This document shows, piece by piece, positions 35,059 to 48,700 of a DNA stretch of 64,000 bases. Source of the stretch: Basidiobolus meristosporus CBS 931.73 (taxonomy: Eukaryota; Fungi; Basidiobolomycota). Positions within the stretch are counted from its first letter, which is position 1. Each line of letters opens with the position of its first letter. The translations under genes and the position numbers were made by a program. The notes beneath the pieces are model-generated. The model ran no database searches, was not told the DNA's origin, and saw only the letters and a program-made list of their open reading frames with translations. The stretch is taken from NCBI GenBank assembly GCA_002104905.1, contig MCFE01000035.1, forward strand, positions 1-64,000. The letters are read 5' to 3'.

Positions 35059-35828
35059 ACACCTTTCTTTAGTGTCAAGGAGCAATTTCATGGAATTCAA
35101 GAAAGCAACCAACCGTAGCACTGTCTACCACAGAGGCAGAGTATATGGCAGCCTGTGAAGCTACATAAGAAGCAATGTGGCTAAGAAAGCTGTTTACAGA
35201 TTTAGGCCAATGTCAAAAAACACCTATTACTTTATTTCAAGATAATCAAGGATGTATACAAATAGGTAGAAATCCAACTATTCATGCTAGAACCAAGCAC
35301 ATAGATATTGGACATCATTTCATACATGAAGCTATAGAGAATAACTTAGCTAGCTTAGCTTACTGTCCTACAGATGAAATGATTGCAGATATGTTTACCA
35401 AACCATTAGCTAGAGACATGTTTGAATATCTTAGGTCAAAATTAGGACTAGTCAGTACAAGCATTTAGCTGAGTGGGAGTGTTGTAAAGATTTGTATTTC
35501 CACCTTAATATTCTCCTAACTTAGTCACTTAGATTATTACCCTTAAATCCTAGAGAATACTGACCAAATTCCTTGTTGGGATTTACTTAGAATATTTTCA
35601 CCAAAATACCAGGTACCCAGAACATGAAAATTGTCAAAGTTGTCCGTACAGCCTCAAACTTTGCACACATGTTCTTGGGACCTTCCTTAACCTATTCTAC
35701 ATGTTTGTAATGCCAAGACCATGTAAAAATATAAATACTACTTTTACATTCAATAAATCATTACATGAAGACCACATAATCTACTTGCCCTCCTAATCAC
35801 TTCCAATATCTCCCAGACTCTTACAACA

Positions 35829-36790
35829 GATAGAACACTTGATGCAGTGGGGGAAGGAACTATCCAAGTAAACCTTAGAAGCAGTAAAGGAAGCCACATA
35901 CCTACCTTGAAAGATGTACTCTTTGTACCAGAAGTAGCCAAGAACCTACTATCTGTACCTAAGGCCACTGCAGAAGGACTCAGTTCCAGCTTTGGCAGTT
36001 TTGGATGCAGGATCACTGATCAAAATGGTGCCCATATTGCTTTGGGTATCACAAATCAGAATCTATACACGTTAACTTTTGTTCCATCATATTTGGAAGC
36101 CAATATAAGTAACTTAAATGACAAAACACCAAAGCTTTGCCACAGGAGATTTGGACACATCAATGCTGACTTCTGCACAAAATGAGGAAAGTTCAGCCAA
36201 TTTCTGGAGTATATGAGAAACAAGCCAGAATTACTCAAGAGCTCTGTGTTATCAAAACAAAGAAAAAATGAGATCTTAACCACTTAGATCTGTGTGGACC
36301 TATGCAAAATTTATCCTTATGTAGGACACAGTATTTGATCACTTTTATTGATGCTTATGCAAGATACACATGGGTCTACTTCATGGAGAGAAAGGAAAAA
36401 GCTTTGTCAAAGTTCAGGAAGTTTAAAGCCATGGTGGAGAGAAACTGGTGAAATAACCAAGAAATTAAACTCTGATAATGGTCAAGAATATACCTCAAAA
36501 CTCTTCATCCACTTCAGCAAAGTTCATGGGATAAAGCCAGAGACTACTGTGCCATACTCCCCACAAGTAAAATGGAGTAACTGAATGTTCACACAGATCA
36601 ATTAGTGATATGGCAAGATCTATGATCCATGATCAATAATTATCCCATGATATTTGGGCAGAATCAGTTGCCACAGCTCTATACCTTACAAATAGGAGTA
36701 TTGACACTTCACTTTGTGATTCTATTCCATTTGAGGCATAGTATGGATAAAGACTAAGTGGAGAACATCTAAGAATATCTGGGTGCTCAG
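35829..36790 (+). pseudogene. Degenerate copia PR-integrase fragment
   Basis: DRTLDAVGEGTIQVNLRS...HRRFGHIN and NSDNGQEY with multiple stops and frameshifts. Confidence 0.85.
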
Positions 36791-39705
36791 CATTTGTCAA
36801 GAAAATACCTGGAAATTAGCCATACTTATGAACTTGCTGTGATATTGTGTGTCTTTTGGCTGAAATTAAACCTGCAATTAACCATCTAACCTATTGTACT
36901 AAAATAAGCTCCAATAAAGATTAAGGATGGCATGTTATCTGTTATAATTAAGTATAAGCCTATGTTATTAATTTTGCATACTGAAGATCGAATTACTTTG
37001 AGTCTGAGTTCTGATCTCATCATAAAATATCAGTGAATGAGTATCATCCACTTGATTTGAGCAAAGCTCTACACATGATGATCATATCTCAATATACTTC
37101 CTATCATTAAGTAGCTGTACTATCAGGCTTTCAGCTACTTTTTATATGAGCGCAATTGGTCTATATCTGGCAAGGTCAGGATGTAATATCTCACTAGCAG
37201 ATATCAATTATCCACAGTTCTGGTATATAATCCAATTTACCTAGACCATTCTCCATATATCTATACAAGATCCAGATAATAACTTTCCTCATACATTCCA
37301 TATATCATCTAATAGGGCCTATAACTAGTCAGCAATATGGTAGCCTTATTTTGCACCAGTTTACATGGTATTTCCTCCACTGAATCAGTGCTCTCAATAG
37401 CATTTAGACTATGTTCTTCCTTTCTGAGCTGGGATATAGTACTCCCACTGAAGGTACATTGTCTGGTGTTTTCTGCCTTCTGATATTGACTTAGTTGGAT
37501 TGTATATATCCATCTGATCTAGGCAAAACTTTCTTGTACTCATATCTCTGTTATGTTACTTGGATCTTCTGTTCTCATCTTGATAGGCTTGATTTGATAT
37601 CAGAGAATACCAAAGCCTGTTTGGTAGCTCTTCATAGAGGCATTATACTGAACAGAATAGATATGGTCTCATACACACTGTTGAGCGTAAACCGTAAAAC
37701 CTAATCTTGTACTTTCCAATTGTGTAAATCTACCACAGCAGCTGTGATATACCACTGATCCATTGATATAATATTCCAGCATAGAGCTTGATTGACAGTG
37801 CTAATGGACAAGCCCATGATCTTCTGCACCCATTATAACACTCAGGTTGGCCCTTGGTACTGCCTCTGTAGTTCCAACTGCAAGTAAGTTGACTTCACCA
37901 TTTACCATAATCCCCATGAGAAATAATTATGATGATCCCATCAAAAGGCCATCACAAATTCCAAGTCCTGTGACTAAGAGGTAGTAATCTCATCAGGACA
38001 CCATACAAAGACTGCCAGAGGGTAATTACACCCCAGATTTCACAAAAACCTTATTCAAGAATTCTCATCACAATAATACAAAAGTGGCTTTTGTTTGGTT
38101 CTCTGCCAGTTTTCTCACTTTCTGATCCTATACACTCTATAGCCTCCTACAGTTGCGTGCATTGATTGGCTATTGCCTCTTTTTCACACTCCTTACATCC
38201 TTACTCATCTGTTTCTCTTACTTTTCATGCTTACAAATTGATACATGTCCGGTGATACTTCAGTCGTACCTCAATTGCCAATTGTATTGAACTATAAAAG
38301 TCCCTATACCTTACACTAGCATTAAGCACAACCCCACACTCAACAAGTAACTCCATTTAAAATCCACCACTCATTAAAAGTTTCTACTTTATTGCCCTAT
38401 TTCCATAATGTTGGCAGAAATCCTGCAGCTTCATGCCACTGTTCATTCACTGCTTCCCATACATCCTGGTCTTCAGCCACCACTGCAAGATCTAGCACCT
38501 CATCTGCTGGTCTTTGCAATAAATCCTTACAAAATTCAAGCGCATTTTCTTAAGCACTACTTTTGAAGAAGTGCAGCAAATTCTTGGTGTGCCCATTAAT
38601 TTTGCAAAATTCCACTGAAGGCATTGTGATAACCATTTGGGTTCTTGATGTTCCTTATGAAAAATAATTTGGTCCTGTGGGTGGATCCAATACAGATCAG
38701 CTGCCAAGATCCCATTTAGAGACTGTCATAATAACAGCAGCTTGGAATTAGTAACCCTCCTGACAATCTTAGGATGGGATCATGATGGTGTTTTGCTGAT
38801 TTTACAACCAAATAAAGGGATAAAACTTGACAATATTTTATTGGTGCTGTGATGACATTTGCATGGTATTGTTTTGGTCTTTCAGCGCTCTATAACTATT
38901 TTAAGTGAATCCAGTCAGCCAGGACATCCAATTGCCTTAGATGGCAAGAAACTTGATGGTATTTTGACAGCCTCACAGCAAGACTCAAATGGCATTAAAT
39001 TGGCAGCATGATGGCCCACCACTGATTCTGCATGATGCTACCATACTAATTTACCAAATGTTATTTTCTTTTTCTACCTCCCCTTGTGCAATTCATATAT
39101 TCCACTGTAGAATCACCCCTCTTTATTTGCTTACCCACTACTACCTTGGGTATTCCACATATAGTTTGAATCAAAAAAAGTATGGCCTCCTGCTTATAAA
39201 CCTCTACAAATATGCACACCTGCCGCAATTGACATACTTCTATCATCTCAACTTTATTGCTTTTTAATGTGATACTTGCAAAGTTGCCATATACCTTGTA
39301 CTGCTGGTATCATATACAGCTTGCAAACATATGCTTGGTTGTCACCACTTCTGCCATGAATACCTTCTGAATATCTGCAAAAAACTTCTCAGTATTTAGC
39401 CAATTTATTCCTTCTCCCTGCTGGATCCTGGTCCCCCTTATAGGTGCACTCTAGCTTTTGTTTGTGTTAATTCCATATTGAAGGGTGTAGTAGCTAGCTT
39501 GTGACCACAAGAAATCCGGCATATCTTGGTAGAGTTTTCCTGATAAACATTAGTTGCATGTTGCACCCAACCCAACTTTGCATTACTTAACTGATTACCC
39601 ACAAATTGGGGCTGCTTAGTTTCTTTATGCCACAGGCATAGGTGTCTCTAAGCGCACATTTGTCCTCAGTATTTTCCAACTCTTTCTGGCTGTCCTCCAT
39701 GTACC

Positions 39706-42700
39706 TGTTGTAAGAGTCTTGGAGATATTGGAAGTGATTGGGAGAACAAGTAGATAATGTGGTTTTCACTTAATGATTTATTGAATGTAAAAGTAGTATT
39801 TATACTTTTACATGGTCTTGGCAATACAGACACGTAGAATAAGCTAAGGAAGGTCCCAAGAACATGTGTGCAAAGTTTGGGGCTGCTTGGACAAATTTGA
39901 CAATTTTCATGTTCTGGGTACCTGGTATTTTGGTGAAAATATTCTAAGTAAATCCCAACAAGGAATTTGGTCAGTATTCTCTAGGATTTAAGGGTAATAA
40001 TCTAAGTGACTAAGTTAGGAGAAAATTAAGGTGGAAATACAAATCTTTACAACACTCCCACTCAGCTAAATGTTCATACTGACTAGTCCTAATTTTGACC
40101 TAAGATATTCAAACTTGTCTCTAGCTAAAGATTTGGTAAACATGTCTGCAATCATTTCATCTGTAGGACAGTAAACTAAGCTAACCAAGTTATTCTCTAT
40201 AACTTCACATATGAAATGATGTCTAATATCTATGTGCTTGGTTCTAGCATGAAAAGTTGGATTTCTACCTAATTGTATACATCCTTGATTATCTTGAAAT
40301 AAAGTAATAGGTGTTTTTTGACATAGGCTTAAATCTGTAAAAAGTTTTCTTAGCCACATTGCTTCTTTTGTAGCTTCACAGGCTGCCATATACTCTGCCT
40401 CTGTGGTAGAAAGTGTTATGGTTGGTTGCTTTCTTGAATTCCATGAAATTGCTCCTTTACAGTAAAGAAAGGTGTATCCTGTGGTGGATCTTCTGTCTTC
40501 CAAATTTTGTCCCCAATCTGCATCAGAGTATCCTACAAGATCTTGTTCTGAATCCTTATAAGTGTTTCTTAAGCAGATATCAGCAGTTCCTTTTAGGTAT
40601 CTAAAAATCCGCTTAACTGCTGTAATATAGTCAGATACATTGTTCTGATTATGTTGGCTGACAACCCCCACTGAATATGAGATATTTGGACGTGTTCCAA
40701 GCATGCTATACATCAGACTGCTGATCATAGATTGATAAGGAAAGTCAGGGCTATCAGATGGCACCAAGCTCTCTTGATTTGGTTGAGTTTTGACCAAGTT
40801 AAGGTCTGTTTCCATTGGGGTAGCTGCCGGTTTACAGTCTTCCATTTGGTAGTTCTTTAGTATATCTTGAATATACTTGGATTGGCTTAGGGTGATAGTC
40901 TGGGTACTTCTGTTTATGGAGAACTTAATCCCTAAGTAGTAACTGAGTTGTCCTAGATTGGACATCTTGAACTCTTTGGATAGGCTGGATTTAGTCTCTT
41001 CCAATGTTTCTAGGTTGTTAGTAGCTATAATAAGATCATCCACGTATAGAGCTAATAGAGCTGGATTTGCTCTATCTGACTTATAGTATATACAATAGTC
41101 AGCATTACTGCTTTTGAAACTCAAAGATTCCAACTAAGAATCTATTTTGCAATTCAAGGCTCTTGGTGATTGTTTGAGACCATATAGTGACTTTTTAAGC
41201 TTGCAGACAAAATGGGGGTTATCTTGGTCAACAAACCCATCAGGCTGGTCCATATACACGTCCTCATCAATTTCTCCATTCAAAAATGCAGTTTTTACAT
41301 TCCTTTGATGAATAAAAAACTTATATTTTGCTGCAATAGCCAATACTAATCTGATGAAATTAAACTTGGCTACGGGTGCAAAGGTCTCAGTATAGTCAAG
41401 TCCTTTTGTTTGAGAGTATTCTTTGGCTACAAGTCTTGCTTTGTATCCTTCAATTGTGCCATCAGCCTTGTATTTTGTCTTGAAGGCCCATCTGCATCCA
41501 ATTAATTTTTGGTTGATTTGTAATTTGACTAAGTCCCAAGTTTGATTTTCCATCAGGGCCTGATATTCCTCAGTCATTGCAGATCTCCAAAACTTTGTCT
41601 GAGAGCTATTTAGGGCCTCTTTTACAGTCTGGGGCTCATCAATATGGACTGAATAGGCATAGGCTAAGTTTGTACCCTCATTGACATAGTAATTTGGGCT
41701 ATTTCTTCTCCGATTGGATCTCTGGGCATTTAATACCGGAATGATCACTTCCAGAATATTCCTGGGCACTGATTCTGGCTGAACCACGGTTGTAGAGTCT
41801 TCTGGAGTGAAAAGAATATCATTGTTTTGCTCTGATTCAATCCTGACAATTGGGGGACTTAAGATCAAATTTTTGTCATCATCTGATGTCAATTTTTGTG
41901 AAGATTTTGAATTTTCATCAGGCAACACATCCCTGGACTTGTTCAGCTTCTTTACTTAGGTATTGTAGAGTCTGTATGCTTTACTCTCATTGCAGTAGGT
42001 CAAAAATATGCATTTTACACTTTTTGGCTCAAATTTCAGCTGATTTCCAGCCAGTTTTTTGGCATATGCTGAACACCCAAATATTCTTAGATGTTCTGCA
42101 CTTGGTCTCTATCAATACCATGCTTCAAATGGAGTAGAATCACAAATTATTCTGTTATAACTCCTATTTTAAGGTATACAGCAGTGGCAACTGTTTCTGC
42201 CCAAAAATCATAGGATAATTTTTGATCATGGATCATAGGTCTTGCCATATCAATTATTGATTGGTTAGCTTGTTCTGCTACTCCATTTTGCTGTGGGGAG
42301 TATGGTACAGTAGTCTCTTGCTTTATCCCATGAATTTTGCAGAAGTAGATGAAGATTTTTGAGGTATATTCTCCACCGTTGTCAGAGCGTATTTTCTTGA
42401 TTTTTTCACCAGTCTCTCTCTCCACCATGGCTTTAAACTCCCTGAATTTAGACAGAGCTTCTTCATTTTTCTCCATGAAGTAGACCCATGTGTATCTTGT
42501 ATAATCATCAATAAAAGTGATCAAATACTTCATCCTGCCTAAGGATAAATTTTGCATAGGTCCACATAGATCTGAGTGAGTGAGATCTAATTTTTTCTTA
42601 GTTTTGATTAACCCAGAGCTCTTGAACGGTTGTCTGGCTTGTCTCTAATATGTGCAGGCTTCACAGTGTTCCAAATTAGCTGGGGGATCATTTTTCACTC

Positions 42701-44385
42701 CAGAAATTAACTGATCTTTAATCAATTTACGCAAATAATCAAAATTGATGTGTCCAAATCTCCTGTGCCAAAGCATTGGTATTCCTCATTTAAGTTACTT
42801 ATATTGGCTTCCAGATATGATGGAATATAAGTCAACTAGTATAGATTCTGATCTCTGATGCCCAAAGCACTATGGGCACCATTTGGATCAGTGATCCTGC
42901 ATCCAGAATTGCAAAACTGAAACTGAGTCCTTCTGCTGTGGCCTTGCTTACAGAGAGTAGGTTCTTGGCTATTTCTGGTACATAGAGTACTTCTTTAAAG
43001 GGCAGTGTATGGCTTCCTTCACTGCTTCTAAGGTTTAATTGAATAGTTCCTTCTCCCACTGCATCAAGTGTTCTATAGTCACCTATGAAAACCTTCTTAA
43101 TTGGAATTTCTTGATATTGGGTAAAAAGTTCTTTTTGGTGTATAAAGTGTTGAGATGCTCCAGAGTCAATATACCATGTCTGCAAATCCTTGTTTGTGGT
43201 CATATTTAGTGCAGATATGAATAGTCTATCTTCAGTTGTTTCAGCATTTCCATATTCAGGCTTCTTTTGCTAATTATCTTTCTTTTTGAGACACCGGTCT
43301 GATGTGTGTCCTTTCCTTTTGCAGTGGTTGCAAAATAGGTTGCTGTTGCCTTTGTAGGGTCTTGGGTACCTCCTTTGTTGGTTATTATTGCTTATTAAAG
43401 CATTTTCTTTTTCCTTCTAATTTGCGCTTGATTTTCTAAATTCTTCATCCAGGAGCCTTCCATATACGTTATTTAAGGTCAAGTCTTCAGATCTGGACTC
43501 TAGGGCCAATACAAGGCCCTGAAACTTGTCTGTCAGGCTATTCAGGATGGTAACTATCACATCCTCATCAGTAGTTGGTACGCCCACAGATTCCATCTCA
43601 TCTACCAGCAGTATAATTCTGTTAATCAGATTTTCATTTCTTCTCCTGGTAGCATCTTTGTAGTAAAGAATTTTTGTCTCAGATACACACACTTGGCAGC
43701 TGAACATGACTGGTAGGTGTCTTCTAATGCTTTCCAGGCATTCTTTGCTGTTTTTGCTCTTGAGCATTGAATTAGCAATTTGTCCTTGACATTAAGACAA
43801 ATGCAGTTAAAGGCACTTTGTTCTTTCTTCTGGTACTTTAAGGCTTCCTCTCCCACGTTTTTAGGAGGGCATTCTTCTCCCATGACAATATCCCAAAGGC
43901 CTCTTTCTTGTAGCTGCATCTTCATCTTCACCTTCCACACTTGGTAGTTAGATCCATCCAACTTTTCAGCAGAGGGAAAGATTCAGTAATAGCAGTAGTA
44001 GACATTGCAGAGAGTGACAGCTTGGGGCTCATAACCTGTTGTAAGAGTCTTGGAGATATTGGAAGTGATTGGGAGGACAAGTAGATTATGTGGTTTTCAC
44101 TTAAAGATTTATTGAATGTAAAAGTAGTATTTATACTTTTACATGGTCTTGGCATTACAAACACGTAGAATAGGTTAAAGAAGGTCCCAAGAACATGTGT
44201 GCAATGTTTGGGGCTGTTTGGTCAACTTTGAGAATTTTCATGTTCTGGGTACCTGGTATTTTGGTGAAAATATTTTAAGTAAATCCTGACAAGGAATTTG
44301 GTCAATATTCTCTAGGATTTAAGGGTAATGATCTAAGTGACTAAGTTAGGTGAATATTTAGGTGGAATTACAAATTTTTACAACA
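39706..44385 (-). mobile_element. Full-length degenerate Ty1/copia element nested in the CACTA transposase gene
   Basis: 349-bp LTRs 39706-40054 and 44037-44385, TSD GTACC/GTGCC, PBS and PPT. gag-PR-IN-RT-RH ORF pieces at 40066-43961. Confidence 0.95.
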
Positions 44386-44399
44386 GTGCCAACTCATCA

Positions 44400-45870
44400 C
44401 ATCCATGACGGACTTGAAGGAAATATTCTTGATGAGATTGGGTTATGGTAGTACCTGCAACTTGACTTGTCTTCTTATTTCCCCACACATCTGTTCCATA
44501 GGAAACTCCCAAAAGGTGAAGCAAGGCCCAATATTCTCCACACACTGTGAAAGACTGAGTAGAGAATGGAAACAGTAGTGGCAGAGATCTATGCATTCAG
44601 CTTTATGTTTGTAGTATAGCTGCTCAAATCCTATCACAAACTCCTCACACAACAGCTGTATATGCGTCAAGTTGGCATTGGTGATCTGCTTCTGGATAAA
44701 TATTCCTATAATGTCCACATATGACTCCCAATGCTTCCAATGTACTCTTGGTATGAATGGCTTCAGAACACCACTTGAATAAATAAATATCCAGTTCATC
44801 CAGTCTTTGAATTTGTATTGTTGCATATGCGTATGAATATTAATTGGGGCACATGAGAAGTACTTAGGGTAGAGGATACACTGTAACATCTTGCCAATTC
44901 TTTCAAATTTCCCTGGCATCTTGAAGGGCTCATTTAGCTTGCAATGTCCCATGTACAACTTGGTCATCAGTATAGGGATATTGTTGAAAAGCAAATGCAT
45001 TGCTCCCAGTGGAAAGCTTTTGCTCCAACAGATACCCTCTATCTTAAGTATCTATGGTATCCCATTGATTCCATACTCTGGCCAATGACTTATAGCTTGC
45101 CAACTTTGCTGCAATTGCATGCTTACTTCTGTATGTTCTCTCTGTGGAAAGATGATGTTCTCAGTGCTGGTGGTTGGATTATAATAATGTGTGTGAGTTA
45201 TGGTGTAAATCCCCGGGATCTCACACATTTGACAACACTGCCATCTATTGTGCCCGGAAAAACCTGCTATCTTGCAGATGGCTGGGGTGTCTCCAATGCA
45301 TATAATAATATGCACTTTTACATGATGGCCATATACTGCTATCCTACTGGAAACCATACAAAATGTATCCAGCAAAGGATACAGGTAGCTATGCAGGTTA
45401 GACGGTGGTTTGGGCCCAGATACCAGACAGACTACCATCAAATTATTGCTCTGATACTGTAAGATGGGTGGCAGATTCAGATTGATGAGAATCAGTGGCC
45501 AGCAGGATTTGCTGGTAGAGTACTTGTTTAGTGAGAATCCATCAAGTGTTAGAGCCAAAACATGATCATAAATACCTTCAAAGTATCCCTTGCTTCTTAG
45601 CTGTTTGTAATCTTTGCCATCAAATATATTGGATATATTTGCGCTTGATTGATACTGAGTGCAGTACTGTATAGCTTTGCAATATTTGTTGGACTGCATC
45701 AGCTTCCTCAGATGGGGTATGACCAGAATATATCTGGAGTGTGAACAATGTTTTCCCTCACTGGTGGTGAATTCCTGACAATTTGGACATATTGCAATAG
45801 TAGCATTTTTGGATGTGAATGCAATGCAATTGTTAACACATGCAGGAATCAGGACAGTTTCTGGATCATA
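44400..45870 (-). pseudogene. CACTA/EnSpm (Transposase_21/Tnp2-like) transposase, frameshifted
   Basis: CVNNCIAF..CPNC; DIFDG-like NIFDGKDY; LTLDGF..SCWPLILINLNLPP..GPKPP..YLYPLLD; GDTPAICKIAGFSGH..CQMC; HSLL..GP..WEFPMEQMCG. Confidence 0.85.
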
Positions 45871-46727
45871 TGTTGCCAGCCATATGACAGTTGTCCACTT
45901 GTACCCTGTACATGGTAAGTTGCATCTTGGTTTTATTTTTGCAAGAAGTAGTAATAAATCCTCAAAGCCCCATTACTGATATTAGTGGAAACACACCACT
46001 TCTCTAGCCACAACATTATATCATTCACCTGTAGATGGATTACTGGGCTCACTTGGCTTCATAAAGTATCCTTGGCACTTGTTTCAATGGGTGTTGTCTC
46101 ATTGCATATAGGGATTTGACCAGGCTCAAATGCGGTACTGTTGTTAGGGGATATAGGCTCAAAATCCATCAGTGAACCTTCTTTGTCAGAGCTATCACTT
46201 GGTGTGCCATATTCAGAAGGCTGAGGTGAGCCTAAAGACATCTCAAACTCACCTGACTCAGTTTGCGCAAGGTGACAAAGACAGACAGTTGCCAATATAG
46301 AAGTATCAACTGGCCAACAAGATAATGTTGGTACAGTAGTGACTGATGAATGGTCAGATATGACTTAGGTGGCAAAACACTGGCCATGATCTTTGTTATA
46401 CTTCCTATGCTGTCTTTGTGCTTCATGGCTGAGAGGCTTGCCACCATAACCACATGGTCTTTTTTCTCTTCTCTTACGGTGTTGAGTCAAAGTAGTCTTG
46501 TCCATGGGGCAAACAGCTTGACCTTCAACAGGGTAACACTATTGTATCACTTTTTAGTCAATACTCATGTGAACTTAAGACAGTCTTGTATTTGAGACAT
46601 TGCAGCTATATGAATGTAAGATTCAATGATGACCTGCCATAATAAGCATTATAAATACAGTTGTGGGACCACATACACATGTATATGTAGCACTACTTCC
46701 CCTTTTGTGTGACTCACTTCCATATAT

Positions 46728-48700
46728 ATGGTGCCAAAAAATAAAGCAAAGTTGTCTGGTTCTCAACCAAATCCCACTGCTGAGGGCAACAGAAGAACAG
46801 TTGGACAACAGCTTGCTTTGACATTCAGTGCAACAAGCAGGGCTACATTCAAAAAAGGCCCTATGGACAGTGTGCCCATTGAAGGTAATAATGCGGACTT
46901 CTCAGGCTCTCAGTCAAGTAGGCAATTGAGAGCCTCTGTTGAGCCACAAGTTGACTGTTATGCTCAGGCAGATGAGATTGTAGCAAATGCAGTACCCTCA
47001 GTTGAAGATCAGCAAGTGGCCATGATAACATCACCACCACCCATATTAGCAAGTATGTTGTCAGCTCATACCAAATCATTAATGACACAATTAGGTGCAG
47101 TAGCTGATAGGATAGATGCAATGACCCAGAGAAACCAGGAAATAGTCCAGAAACAGGATGTGTAGATAATACATGTAGGGTAATCAATATCCCAGGTAGA
47201 GAAAGCATTATCTTTGCTGCAAAGAAGGAACCCAAGTAGCTCAATGTCACAGCCAAGAATTGAGCCATTTCCCAATGTAACAGCAGAGGAGCACCATACA
47301 GTCCTTGAAGCACAACAACAGTGCCTAAAGATAAAGCCCACAGAAGAACCTATCTCAGCATGGGAGGGAGACAATGTGGTGTTTATACCAAAGCCTAAAA
47401 ATCAAAAGACATTGAATATCTGTGAAGTCTTTGAGTGCAATAATGAGGAGTGGGATAATATAAAAGAGGCTGTCAGAAGTCTGGCACTTAATCACCTCAA
47501 GGCCAGCGTACCATGGGACCATCAGGAGCTCAAGGCCAAGCAGAATGGACTTGACATGTTCCATGAGCATTATCCTGGATTCAATTGGGCAAATGGATTT
47601 TGGGCCAGCATTGGTATGCTAAGAAAGTATCTTAAGAGTAGCAGAAACTATTAGAGGCAGAAGAACAAGGGTGCCATGGCTAAAAACCAGTGGCTTCCTC
47701 AAGAGCCCATGACAAGCATGGCCAAAAGCTCCAGACAAGCATCAAAGAGTTGTCAGGTAGCTGGAAGAGTCCAATTAGGGACAAGCAGGCAGACATGGAT
47801 GCACCAGCACAACATCTATCAAGGAAAAAGCATAGAACCACTCAAGAAGCACCCAGTCAAAGTAGCAGTGAGGGACCTGGAAGTGATAAAAACCAGCTGC
47901 TTTTACAGGAGCCCTTTGCAACTATGGTTGAGTGCTCAAAACCAGTGGAAAAGAAACATCAGGTTGCCAGAAGAGTGCCAGCAAGGGACAAGTGGGCCAA
48001 AACAGATGCATCAGAGCCAAATTTATCCAGGAGAAAATGTAGTTCTTTACAAGAAGCACTCAGACAAAGTAGCAGTGAAAGACCTGGCAGTGATAAAGGA
48101 AAAGGTAACAGGAAAAATGTCTACCCAAGCCTGAGACTGGGAGGCATGCAAAAAAAACTGTGGTTGTTGCCAATCAACGCTGTAAGCCAGGAACAAACTG
48201 AACCCCATCATAGCCAAGAAGATTACCAACAAGAAAACAGCTGTTTTCATATGTGTTGGAAGCGTAGCCAGTTGAGCTACACTCCAGCAAGGTAAATGAG
48301 CTTGCTGAAAAAGACAACTTGTCTACCACAGCTGCCACAGCCTACACATCCTCCATTGTTGACAGAGTGGAGATCCCACTGACAGATAAGGCTACAATGT
48401 CAAAAGCTTGAAAGACTGTCACAATGCCTTCAGCGGTGTGTTGGAACATTAATAGGCACACCAAGAGGTTGCAGCACTGCTTCAAGAGCAGTGCTTAAGA
48501 AAACACACTGGAATATTGCAAGGATTTACTGCAAAGACTGGCAGATGAGGAGCTGGACTGTGCAGTGCTGGCTGAAGACCAGGACATGTGGGAACCAGTG
48601 AATGAACAGTGGCAGAAAGCTGTTGGGTTCCCACCAATGTTGTGGAACCAGAGCGTTACAGCAGAAATACTTATTGAGTGGTGGATATAAATGGTGTTAC
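46728..48700 (+). pseudogene. Accessory ORF of the CACTA-like element (unknown function), fragmented
   Basis: ORF pieces 46728-47165, 47214-47654 and 47690-48295. Homologous copies at 49136-50360 (-) and ~62160-62935 (-). Contains a W-rich helical segment EEWDNIKEAVR...VPWDHQ...FNWANGFWA..MLRKYL and a K/Q/S-rich repetitive tail. Confidence 0.6.

Larger units (their letters stand above)
23624..35828 (+). mobile_element. Composite outer Ty1/copia element (host of two nested insertions), degenerate
   Basis: 5' LTR 23624-23972, PBS, gag to 24444, then resumes 29135-31865 (gag-PR-IN-RT, with a deletion at ~31005), then 35064-35479 (RNase H), PPT and 3' LTR 35480-35828. Flanks GTATA/GATAG do not form a TSD, so it is probably a recombinant. 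Confidence 0.75.

Noticed and set aside
36900-37880. Degenerate gypsy gag zinc knuckle/protease on the minus strand
   Set aside because: Only recognisable after assuming several substitutions; not supportable without a profile search.
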